Source: Mobula hypostoma (taxonomy: Eukaryota). Taken from it: a DNA stretch of 64,000 nucleotides. Positions 23,501-35,500 of this stretch are shown one piece after another; position 1 is the stretch's first letter, and the number at the start of each line of letters is the position of its first letter. The stretch covers positions 111,912,001 through 111,976,000 of the forward strand of contig NC_086107.1 of the NCBI RefSeq assembly GCF_963921235.1. The letters are read 5' to 3'. The notes under the pieces are model-generated. The model searched no databases. It saw only the letters and a program-made list of their open reading frames with translations, and was not told the origin of the DNA. The translations under genes were made by a program, and so were the position numbers.

Positions 23501-26500
23501 TTTGCTGATGATACAAAGATTGGAGGTGTAGTAGACAGTGAGGAAGGTTTTCAGAGTCTGCAGAGGGACTTGGACCAGCTGGAAAAATGGGCTGAAAAAT
23601 GGCAGATGGAGTTTAATACTGACAAGTGTGAGGTATTGCACGTTGGAAGGACAAACCAACGTAGAACATACAGGGTTAATGGTAAGGCACTGAGGAGTGC
23701 AGTGGAACAGAGGGATCTGGGAATACAGATACAAAATTCCCTAAAAGTGGCGTCACAGGTAGATAGGGTCGTAAAGAGAGCTTTTGGTACATTGGCCTTT
23801 ATTAATCAAAGTATTGAGTATAAGAGCTGGATTGTTATGATGAGGTTGTATAAGGCATTGGTGAGGCCGAATCTGGAGTATTGTGTTCAGTTTTGGTCAC
23901 CAAATTACAGGAAGAATATAAATAAGGTTGAAAGACTGCAGAGAAGGTTTACAAGGATGTTGCCGGGACTTGAGAAACTCAGTTACAGAGAAAGGTTGAA
24001 TAGGTTAGGACTTTATTCCCTGGAGCGTAGAAGAATGAGGGGAGATTTGATAGAGGTATATAAAATTATGATGGGTATAGATAGAGTGAATGCAAGCAGG
24101 CTTTTTCCACTGAGGCAAGGGGAGAAAAAAACCAGAGGACATGGGTTAAGGGTGAGGGGGGAAAAGTTTAAAGGGAACATTAGAGGGGGCTTCTTCACAC
24201 AGAGAGTGGTGGGAGTATGGAATGAGCTGCCAGACGAGGTGGTAAATGTGGGTTCTTTTTTAACATTTAAGAATAAATTGGACAGATACATGGATGGGAG
24301 GTGTATGGAGAGATATGGTCCGTGTGCAGGTCAGTGGGACTAGGCAGAAAATGGTTTGGCACAGCCAAGAAGGGCCAAAGGGCCTGTTTCTGTGCTGTAG
24401 TTTCTATGGTTCTATGGTTCTTGATTGGCCACTGCATTAAAGATTATGGGGAGAAGGCCAGGGAGTGGGGCAGAGAGGGGAAAGGAAAGATCAGCCATGA
24501 TTGAATGGCGGAACAGGCTCGATGGGCCAAATAGCCTAATTCTGCTCCTATGTCTTATGGTCTTATAATCTTACTCAATTAGAGAGTGAGTTTAACATTT
24601 ATTACCTTTTTTTATTTCCCATGAGAAGGGAGTACAGTGCATAAGTAATCCTTTCACCATAGGCTCATAATGAGTCAGCTATTACTGAGAATACAAGACA
24701 ACAGCAACATAACTCTATAATGCATGGGGAATAACAATGAAAAGGACACTTCCAATAAATATCCATGTCTCGGGAAAATATGATTTGGGTAAACAAAACC
24801 ATAAAAGTTTGAAAGTCCCTTTCAAACATATCTTCCTCCTCTCTAACTTCTTTAAGTAACTCAGTAAAAGATGCTGGATCTTGTGGGTCTTTCGAATATG
24901 TAGAGCAACCATGTCTGTGACAGTGGGCCCTTCCCAACTTGCTCCACTCCACTCTCAAGCAATTGAATTATCTCAGACAACTGAATGCCCCCTTTGTGGC
25001 ACAAACAATGCAGCAGTTAGTCTAACCTGAAAAGGTAGGCAGAGAGTTTCTCTCCTTCCTCTTGGAATGTGTGTCTGAACTTCACCATGAGATCAGCTGA
25101 ATTTTTTTTAGTGCCAAAGGTGTTTTCCAGGGCCTGCACGTAGTTAGCTGATGGGCTCAAGGATTTTCTACTCAACATCAGCAAGATAAGGGAATTGAAT
25201 GCGGACTTCAGGAAGGGGAAGTCGAGGGAACATACACCAGTCCTTGTCGAGGGGCCAGTGGTGGAAAGAGTGAACAGCTTCAAGTTCCTGAGCGTCAACA
25301 TCTCAGAGGACCTATCCTGAACCCAATACATTGAAGCAATCATCAAGAAGGCATGCTATTATTTTTAGGAGTTTGAGGAGATTTGGTATGTCACCATGGA
25401 CTCTTAACAGATTTCTACAGTGGAGAGCATCAGTTGCATCACTAATTGGTATAGAACAGGTGTCTCCAACCTTTCTCATACCATGGACCGATACCATTAA
25501 GCAAGGGGTCCATGAGGCTCCAATGTGCAGGTTCGGAAGAAGGTATCTTCAAAAGGTAGTAACTCAAGAAGGTGGCATCTATCATTAAGAAGCCTTACCA
25601 TCCAGGACATGCCCACCTCTCATTACCACTATCGGAGAGGAAATGCAGGAAACTAAAGGTCCACACTCAGTGACTTAGGAACAGTCTTATCCCCTCTGCC
25701 ATCAGGTTTTTGAATAGTCCATAACACATGAACACTACCTTGCTATTCATCCTTTGTTGTTAGGTTACTACAATTTTTATGCCTTGCACTGTACTGTTGC
25801 CACAAAACAACAAGTTTCATGACCTATGTCCAAAACCTGGGCCTCTGTACCTCCCTCTACAACTGGATCCTTAACTTCCTCACCAGAAGACCACAGTCCG
25901 TGCAGGTTGGAAATAACACCTCCACCTCGCTGACTATCAAACCTGGCACACTTCAAGGATGCGTGCCTAGCCCACTGTTCTTCTTGCTCCACATCCATGA
26001 CTGTGTGGCCAGGCACAGCTCAAGTGCTATCTATAAATCTGCCAGGACACAACTATTGCTGGCAGAATTTCACATCATCATGAGAAGGCATACAGGAGCG
26101 AGATACTTCAGCTTGTTGAGTGGTGTCGCAGCAACAACCTTGCACTCAGCATCAGTAAGGCCAAAGAACTGATTATGGACTTCAGAAAGGGTTAGACAAG
26201 TGAACACAGACCAGTCCTCATAGAGGAATCAGAAGTGGAAAGAGTGAGCAATTTTAACTTCCTGGGTGGCAATATCTTTGAGGATCTATCCTGGGCCCAA
26301 CATATTGAAGCAGTTACAAAGAAGGTAGTGGCTACATTGCACTCAGAATTTGAGAAGATTTGGTATGTCTCCAAAGACACTTGCAAATTTCTACAGATGT
26401 ACCATGGAGAGCACTGTAACTGGCTGTATCACTTATCTGGTATTGCGGGGGGGGGGGGGAAATAGAAATAAGCTGCAGAAAGATGTGAACTCTGCCACCT

Positions 26501-29500
26501 CCATCATGAGCACTAGTCACTGTAGCATCCAGGACATCAGCAAGGAGCGAAGCCTCAAAATGGCGGCACCCATCGTCAAGAACCCCCGTCACCCAGGACA
26601 TGCCCTCTTCTTATTGCTACCATCAGGATGGAGGTACAGGAGCCTGAAGACGCACATTCAACAATCCAGGAACAGCTTCTTCCCCTCTGCCATCCAATTT
26701 CTGAATGGACATTCTCATCAGCAACTCCTTCTAGATTCTACAACTCCTCTACAGGCTAGATGACATTTACAGCAATTAACCAGCAAGTCCATTTCTAACG
26801 AAGGTTCTTCCCTCGAAACATTAACTGTGTTTCCCTTCCCACCGATGCAGCCTGACCTGCTCAGTATTTCACCTTTTCCCATTTAATTCTTCTCTTTTCC
26901 TAATTTTGGGATATGGGAAGAAACTGGAGCACACTGGTAGAAACCCATGCATTACCAGAGAGACCATGCAAACTCCAGTCAGAATTCCTCACTGAAATGA
27001 ATCCTTAGTTCAATTAAATTAATTAAATTGTCCAGTGTAGTAATATGTTCCTCCGGTTGCTTGGACTTTTCCCTCACAATAATTACAAGGATCTATTGCT
27101 TTATAGCCATTTTTGTTACCCTATCCAGCAAATCGATTTCCGTTTTTGTTCATTTTTATGCTGGACAAGAGAGGGGGATTTGGAATTTGATGTTCCTGTT
27201 CCATTTTTGTTTATTTTTTGTGTCGGGGCGAGGGGGATTTGGGGATTGATGATTGTTTTGCCATTCTTTTCTTTCTTGGTTTCATGACTATCTGGAGAAG
27301 ACGAATTTCAGAGCTGCATACTTTGAAAATAAATGAACCTTTGAAACTCTGAAATACAACCTATCAAAAGCATAAAACTATAAGTTGCAAACATTTACAG
27401 AGCACTTGTATATAAACTGTGCCTCGATAATGTTAGGAGAAGGCACCAGATGCATGGTTACAAAGGCAAAGATACACAGAGGTCTAAGACAACTATAGCT
27501 CATTAAAAATCAGTAACCTTGCCAACGTACGAGTTAATACTGAACAAGGTAGTGAGGTGGAAAATATTTGAACACCGTGTGAAAACTCACTGGAGCGATT
27601 TTGAGGAATTCTTTGATATATTTCTAACCCTGTGACCTCTGCCACCAAGGGCAACATGGAAACACCATTCATGCTAGGTTCCCATTTCAACCAGACAGCA
27701 CCCTGGTGTCAGAGTATATCTGCCTTTTCTTCTTTATTACTGGGTCTGAATGCTGTACGACCATTCCAGGTAGCCAAAGATGGGTTACAAGTGCTAGTCT
27801 TCCCAGCAACACATTCCAAGTCTGAAATATCATAGAAAAAATCATCAGATTCAAAGTACATTTATTATCAAAGAATGTATAAATTATAGAACCTTGAGAT
27901 TTGTCTGCTGATGATGTCATACGCATGACACATGATGGTGATGATGACGATGATGATGATGAGTGTACAATCTCTGACACATCCGCGACATTCGCTCCTC
28001 TCTCCACGGCACTGAGGCCAAGGCTGTGGGCCTGCTCTGGGCTTCGTGTCTGTGACTCTGCGACATTTCGCTCTGCTGTGTGATGAACTGAGGCTGAAGT
28101 TGTGGCCTGCTCTGGCCTTTCTGACTGTGGACTCACTTTCATTGCGAATGCTGTAGCTTGCTTTTATTCTTTGCTCGATGTGTGTGTGTTTCTCTCTCTG
28201 TGCATTGAGTGTTTGTTGGTCTTTTTTAAATGGGTTATTTTGGATTTCTTTTTCTGTGGCTGCCTGTAAGGAGATGAATCTCAAGGTTGTATAATTTATA
28301 TGTACTTTAATCATGAATATGCTTTGAACTTTTGAACTTTGAACATTGTCTGGACTCTCAGACGTTGAACACACACACTGAACGGTGCCAGAGAGGTGTT
28401 GTGTCCGTGAGTTTTTTCATGTAGGTGCAAGCACATGGCCGAAGATCAAGCAACAAACAGAGCTCGCAGCTGTAAGTAGCAGTGCCTGGTACAAGAACAC
28501 ATTGAGGCCACACCAGATTAACATTTGACCCTTAAAGTTAGCCTTCACTCCAAGGAGTATATCATCTTCGCTTGGTGTCCCACAGGGTAGATTACTGTTT
28601 TGGGTGTTAGCTGAGTTGTCTTACTAAACGTCATCTTTTGCACCCCCACCCCTACTCTTTCCCCTCCCATTCAAAGCATGTAGCCTCACATAGTCCATCC
28701 AGGAGGGTACTCCACTCACCAGTTTTCTCTGACTCCTGTTGGCTTTTCTTCAGGCCTTTCCTTCTGTTTTCTCAAAGGGTTACAATCTCGAAAAGGCCTT
28801 CATCGCTGCCCAGGGACCCCTGCCTCATACAGTGGCGGACTTCTGGCGAATGATTTGGGAGCAGAAGTCAAACGTCATTGTGATGCTGACCAACTGTATT
28901 GAGCTAAATCGGGTGAGTCCCTAATCCTTAACGACTAGAGATTAGCTTTATTTGTCATGTGTACATCGAAACATACTGTACAGTGAAATTCACTGTTGGA
29001 GCCAAATGAAATCACAGAGGTTTGTGCCAGGGGCAGCCTGCAAGTGTTGCCACACTTCCAGCTCCAACATGGCGTGCCCACAACTCACGAACCCTAACCG
29101 TATGACTTTGGAATGTCAGTAGCAGATCCCAAACTAAACCTCTCAGTCTATGAGCATGCCAGGACAGAAGTCAGAGTTCTACCCTCAACTGTTCACTGGC
29201 TGCAGAGAAATTAAATATTTAAAGAGTGATCTCTCCAGGTTAGTTTTGGTTTTTCAAGCCCTGTAAACTGGGAAGAGGAATAATGTTTTCAGCCAACATG
29301 AACATCTTGTGATGATTAGGCCTTCTTCATGTCTTAGGTATTCATTTATTTTAGTGAGATACAGCACTCAACAGGCCCTGCCGGCCCTTCGAGCACCACC
29401 CAGCAAGCCCTCGATTTAACCCAATGACAATTTAACCTATCAACTGATATGTCTTTGGGAGGAAACAGCAGCACACGGAGAAAACCCCCACACTTCACGG

Positions 29501-32500
29501 GGAGGACATTTCGACTCCTTACTGATGACATTGGAACTGAACGTTGAACTGTAAGAGCATCCTGCTAACTGCTACACTATCGCAGTTCAGTCAAAATTTC
29601 GAAAACTGTATAATTGTGGTAGTGTACACATTAAAAATTTGAGAGACAAGAAAATCTGCAGATGCTGGAAATCCAGAGCAACACACACAAAATGCTGGAG
29701 GAATCTATGGAGAAGAGTAAACAGTCGACGTTTCGGGCCAAGACCCCTCATCAGGACTGGGAAAAAAGAACATGCTGAGAGACTACTTGTAAGATTATAA
29801 AGTTAAGGCTGTGGCTGTCTTGCCACCAATCAAAAGCCATAGGCAAATGAGCTGTTAACCCTGTATGGTGAGATCTCGCCAAAGTGACCAGACAGTGACT
29901 GTCCTTTAGGCGTAAACCAGTGTTTGGAGCTGGACCAACCATAAGGCTTACTGTGTGAAAATTGATCTTGGAATTTTCGAGCTTGTATGCTAGAATCGCA
30001 GTTGGTACTAATACTCATTGTGCAGAGGATTGCATAGCCAACTTCTTTCCCTGGCAGAACCCTGACCAGCTGCTCAACTTGCTTTCACTTACCTTGTGTG
30101 AATCCTGCCTTAAACTTGTTTTAATTGTTTCCAGGTCAAATGTGAACAGTATTGGCCAATGGACAACAGAACGTCTGTTTACGGGGATATTGCAGTGAAA
30201 ATCATTTCAGAAGAGATTTTGCCTGAATGGACAATCAGGAATCTCCTCGTCGAGAAGGTGGAGTGTCATTTGTAAAGGGACAAAGAGAGAACTAGCTGAT
30301 CACTGACTGATCAAAAGGGATAGCTGATCAATGACTGATCAAGAGGAAGAGCTAGCTGATCAATGATTGATTAAAAGGGAGAGCTAGCTGATCAATGATT
30401 GATCAAAAGGGAGAGCTAGCTGATCACTGACTGATCAAAAGGGATAGCTGAACAATGACAGATCAAAAAGGAAGAGATAGCTGATCAATGATTGATCAAA
30501 AGGGAGAGCTAGCTGATCAATGATTGATCAAAAGGGAGAGCTAACTGATCACTGACTGATCAAAAGCAGACATCCCACCTCTCCCGGAAGTTCCGGGAGT
30601 CTCCCGCATATTAATAGTGGCTCCCTGATGCCCGCAAATTATATACAATGTCCCGGAAATTGATTTTTTTGAGAGCGAGCATGAGAGAACGTGCGAGAAA
30701 GAGCAAGAGAGCGAGCGCAAGAGCAAAAAGGCAAGCGCGAGACAGCGAGCGCGAATGAGTGAGCAAGAGCGAGAGTGAGAAAGCAAGCGCAAGTGAGAGC
30801 GACGAGAGAGCGCGAGAGCGAGCGAGAGCAAGAAAGCAAGCATGAGAGAGCAAGCGCGAGTGAGCGACCACGAGAGAGCGCGAGAGCGAGAGCAAGAGCG
30901 AGAAAGCAAGCGCGAGACAGCGAGCGCGAGCAAGAGTGACCACGAGTGAGAGAGCGCGCACGCGAGAGGCAGCAAGAGCAAGAGTGTTCCAAAAAAAGAA
31001 AATATGAAACGTACGTTACCCCAGACTACACTAAAGTGTACCCCTGCCTAACAGGGGTCAAAAATGATGACAGTGTTGCTCGCTGCACTGTTTGCAACAG
31101 TGACTTTTCCATTGCCCGTGGTGGGTTAAAACTGTAAAAGACATGTTGAGGTGAGTTTAACAGGTGTCATTCGTTCATTAGCATCGCTAATGTTACTTAA
31201 ACTAGCTGGCTAGCTGCTAAGGAGCTACTCTATTGCAGACATCCCACCTCTCCCAGAAGTTCCGGGAGTCTCCCGCAAATTGATGGTGCTACCTCTCCGA
31301 AATGAGTTTTTGCAGGGTGGGATGTCTGCAAAAGGGATAGCTGATCAATGTCTGATCAAAAAGGAACAGCTAGCTGATCAATGATTGATCAAAAGGGACA
31401 GCTAGCTGATCAATGATTGATCACAACCATAAGTCTTTTATCCTTCAGAAGTCTTTAAAAAGGATTTAGACAGATTAAGAGCATGGGCAAAGAAATGGCA
31501 GATGGAATACAATGTTCGGAAGTATATGATCATGCACTTTGGTATAAGAAATAAAAGAGTTGACTATTTTCTAAATGGAGAGAAAATTCAAAAATCTGAG
31601 GTGCAAAGGGACTTGGGAGTCCTTGTGCACGATTCCCGAAAGGTTAATTTGCAGGTTGAGCCAGTGGTGAGGAAGGCAAATGCATTCATTTCGAGGGGAC
31701 TGGAATATAAAAACAAGGTTGCAATTTTGAGCCTTTATAAAGCACTGGTGAGGTTTCACTTGGGAGTATTGTGAGCAGTTTTGGGTCTCTTATCTAAGAA
31801 AGGACGTGTTGACATTAAGAGAGTTCAAAGGGGATTCACAAAAATGATTCTGGGATTGAAAGGCCTGTCATATGAGGAGCATTTGATGGTTCTGGGCCTC
31901 TGCTCACTGGAATTCAGAAGAAAGTGGGGTGACCTAATTGAAACCTATCAAATGTTGAAGGTTCTTGATAGAGTGGATGTGGACAGGATGTTTCCTATGG
32001 TGGGGGAGTCTAAGGACGGAGGACCAGCATCCACAAAAATGAACAAACATTCGGCGTCTCAGAATAGAGAGGTGTTCTTTTAGAATGGAGTTGAGGAGGA
32101 ATTTCTTTGGCCAGAGAGTGATGAATCTGTGGAATTCATTGGCATAAGAGGCTATGGAGGCTAAGTCATTAGATATATTTAAGGCAGAGGCTGATACATT
32201 CTTGATTAGTCAGGGCATGAAGGGATACGGGGAGAAGGCAGGAGATCAGAGCTGGGAGGGAAAATGGATCAGCCATGATGAAATGGCAGAGCAGACTCAA
32301 TGGGCCAAATGGCCTAATTCTGCTCCTATATCTTACTATCTTATCACTGAATCAAACATAGCTTAGATGGAACTACAAGACAATGCCCTAATGCAGAGAT
32401 TTGAGTTAAGATAATTGCAAATCCTTTACACTTGTCTCAAAATGCTCAAGACCCTGTTACTAAACTATGACTTGTAAGGATTTACGTTTATTATTTTCTC

Positions 32501-35500
32501 AGGAACCCTGTTCATCCAACTTCTCATTCACTGAAATATGGTCTCTGTAGATACTTATTTTTCAGCATATTCTATATCTAACCCACCTACCCCACACCAT
32601 CCACCATCCATGCTTCAGGCACAGTTGTTCCAAAGCTTTCACTGTCCACATCCCCCATAATTTACAGTGCTCATTACATGCACCATCAGCCTTTCAGTCT
32701 GCTTATCAGTGTTGTTTCCCAGGCCCCACCTCCCCCTCGTACCCCATCTGTTACTCTTTTTAATGCACACATTCTTTCTCTCACTCTCCTTTTTCTCCCT
32801 CTGTCCCTCTGAATATACCTCTTGCCCATCCTCTGGGTCACCCCCCCCCGTCTTTCTTCCCGGACCTCCTGTCCCATGATCCTCTCGTATCCCCTTCTGC
32901 CTATCACCTGTCCAGCTCTCGGCTCCATCCCTCCCCCTCCTGTCTTCTCCTATCATTTTGCATCTCCCCCTCCCCCTCCAGCTTTCAAATCCCTTACTCA
33001 CTCTTCCTTCAGTTAGTCCTGACGAAGGGTCTCGGCCTGAAACGTCGACTGCGCTTCTTCCTATAGATGCTGCCTGGCCTGCTGCGTTCACCAGCAACTT
33101 TGATGTATGTTGCTTGAATTTCCAGCATCTGCAGAATTCCTGTTGTTTGCACCCTATTTAAAACACTGGTCCTTCCTGTCTATATAACCGGCAACCCTCT
33201 GTGAATGTCACAATATTCCATAGCTGGCTCCCCCTTTCTCTTTGCTGTATCAATTGCTTTTTATTTCAAAAATATATATTTATCCATCTGATATACCGCA
33301 ACTACAGCTTGTACATATCTTTAACACACGAGATTCTGCAGATGCTGGAAATCCATTGCAATAGACACAAAACGCTAGAGGAACTCAGCAGGTCAGGCAG
33401 CATCCATAGAAATGAATAAACAGTCAGCGTTTCAGGCCAAGACCCTTCTTCAGGACTGGAGAGGAAGGGGGAGGACGGCAGAATATTACTGTGGGAGGGG
33501 GAGGGCGACAAGCTAGAAAGTGATTGGTGAAGCCAGGTAGGTTGGGGGGGGGTGAAGGGTGAAATAAGAAGCTGGGGGGTGGTGGGTGGAAAAAGCAAAG
33601 GGGTGGAGAAGAAGGAGTCTGATAGGAGAGGAGAGTGGACCATGAAGAAAGAGGAGGGGCACCAGGGAGAGGCGATAGGAAGGTGAGAAGGAGCTTGTGA
33701 AAAATGCTACAGCAATATAAGCCTCAACTACAAATTTAATTTCATAAAAATATCTCTAGCGCTCTTCAGGCATGCTCAGTATGGTTATATGGAACAAGCT
33801 GCCAGAGGAAGTGGTAGAGATGGGTATGATTACAATGCTTAAAAAGACTTTTGGCTAGGTTAGTGGATATGAAAGGCTTAGAGGGTACAGCTTCGTCAAA
33901 ACAACAAACTTCACAACATATTGGACAGGTCGCCAGAGAAAACGGTAGAGGCACGTACAATTACATTTAAAAGATTTTTGGACACATTCATGCTCAGAAA
34001 AGGTTTTTACGTCTTGCACTGTATCACTGCCTGAAAACGACAAATTTCAAGACATACATTTTATTAGGTACACCTGTACACCTACTTGTTAGTGCAAATA
34101 TCTAATCAGCCAATCACGTGGCAGCAACTCAATGCATAAAAGCATGCATACATGATCAAGAGGTTCAGTTGTTGTTTGGACCAAACATCACAATGGGGAA
34201 GAAATGAGATCTATGTGACTTTGGAAAAATTGTTGGTGCCAGATGGGGTGGTTTGAGTATCTCAGAAGCTGCTGATCTCCTGGGATTTTCAAGCACAACA
34301 GTCTCTGGAGTTTACAGAGAATTGTGCAAAAAACAAAAAAAAACAACATCCAGGGAACATCAATACTGTGGGCGAAAATGGATTGTTAAGGAGTGAGCTC
34401 AGAGAAGAATGGCCGAACTGGTTCAAGCTAACAAGGTGGTGACAGTAACTCAAATAACCACATGTTATAACAGTGGTGTGCAGAAGAGCATCTCTGAATG
34501 CACAATACATTGAGATGGGCTACAGAAGCAGAAGGCCATGAACGTACACTCAGTGGCTACTTCATTGGAAAGAGGAGGTGCCTAATGAAATGGGCATTAA
34601 GTGTAGGTCATGATGATAAACCTGATTCTGAGATTCTGAATGATAAGGGGATGAAAATTTGAACAGTAGTAAAGAGTTAAGAATGGAATCAGATTTTTTG
34701 ATCATCAAAACAGGCTGAAGGAACCAGCAGATCAGTTCATACTCCTAGTGCACTACCTGTAAGGTAATTGGACAAGTAAAGGAACAGATGATTGTACAGG
34801 TGCAATATAGGTACTTGAGGTAACAGAGGGTGATGATTATCTGTGCACCTGCTTGCTCGGGAGGTCTGAGAGGAGAAACAGGTTGGGACTAACGCTTCGC
34901 CTTCTTCAAACAGGCCGGATGCTCACAGCCCCGTACAGTCACCCAGATGCATTTCACCTCGTGGCCAGATCACGGCGTTCCTAACACCACAGACAAACTG
35001 CTGCAGTTCCAAAAGTTTGTCCGTGATCACATGATCAAGAATCAGGGAGGACTTCCTGTTGTACATTGTAGGTAAGATGCTCAAAGGTTCTGGCTTGTTC
35101 ATTTTTGTACACAAATTGAGGTTATATCTTAAAAGCAATCCAAGCCTTTCAGTACTGCTTTTTTATAAGCTAGAATTCCTTTTCATCCAGTCCCTGTCTT
35201 GTGAATTCTTCATTTATATCTTCTCTAGGGATTAGATCGTTAAATTCTCATCCTTATGGACATTGTCCAATTAAATTTCCAAGCAATAACAAGGCGCTCT
35301 GATATCTGGAATAACACTGGTTGAGATATACACTCAGTGGCCACTTTATTAGGTACAGGAGTGGAACCTGGTGTGGGCTTCTGCTGCTGTAGCCCATTCA
35401 CTTCAAGGCTCGACATGTCGTACGTTCAGAGATGCTTTTCTGCACACCACTGTTGTAACATGTGGTTATTTGAGTTGCTGTCACCTTCCTGTCAAGTTGA

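Noticed and set aside
22313..24343. Long RT ORFs as a host gene or retron/DGR-like system
   Set aside because: The motifs and 3' tails are standard CR1 LINE ORF2.
30541..30992. Three overlapping 116-146 aa minus-strand ORFs rich in L/S/R/A
   Set aside because: They are translations of the (GCGA/GAGA)n low-complexity tract inside a DNA transposon.
30290..31425. Regular ~30-bp repeats resembling a CRISPR array
   Set aside because: Head-to-tail units with no unique spacers, no cas genes and a vertebrate intron context; this is a minisatellite.
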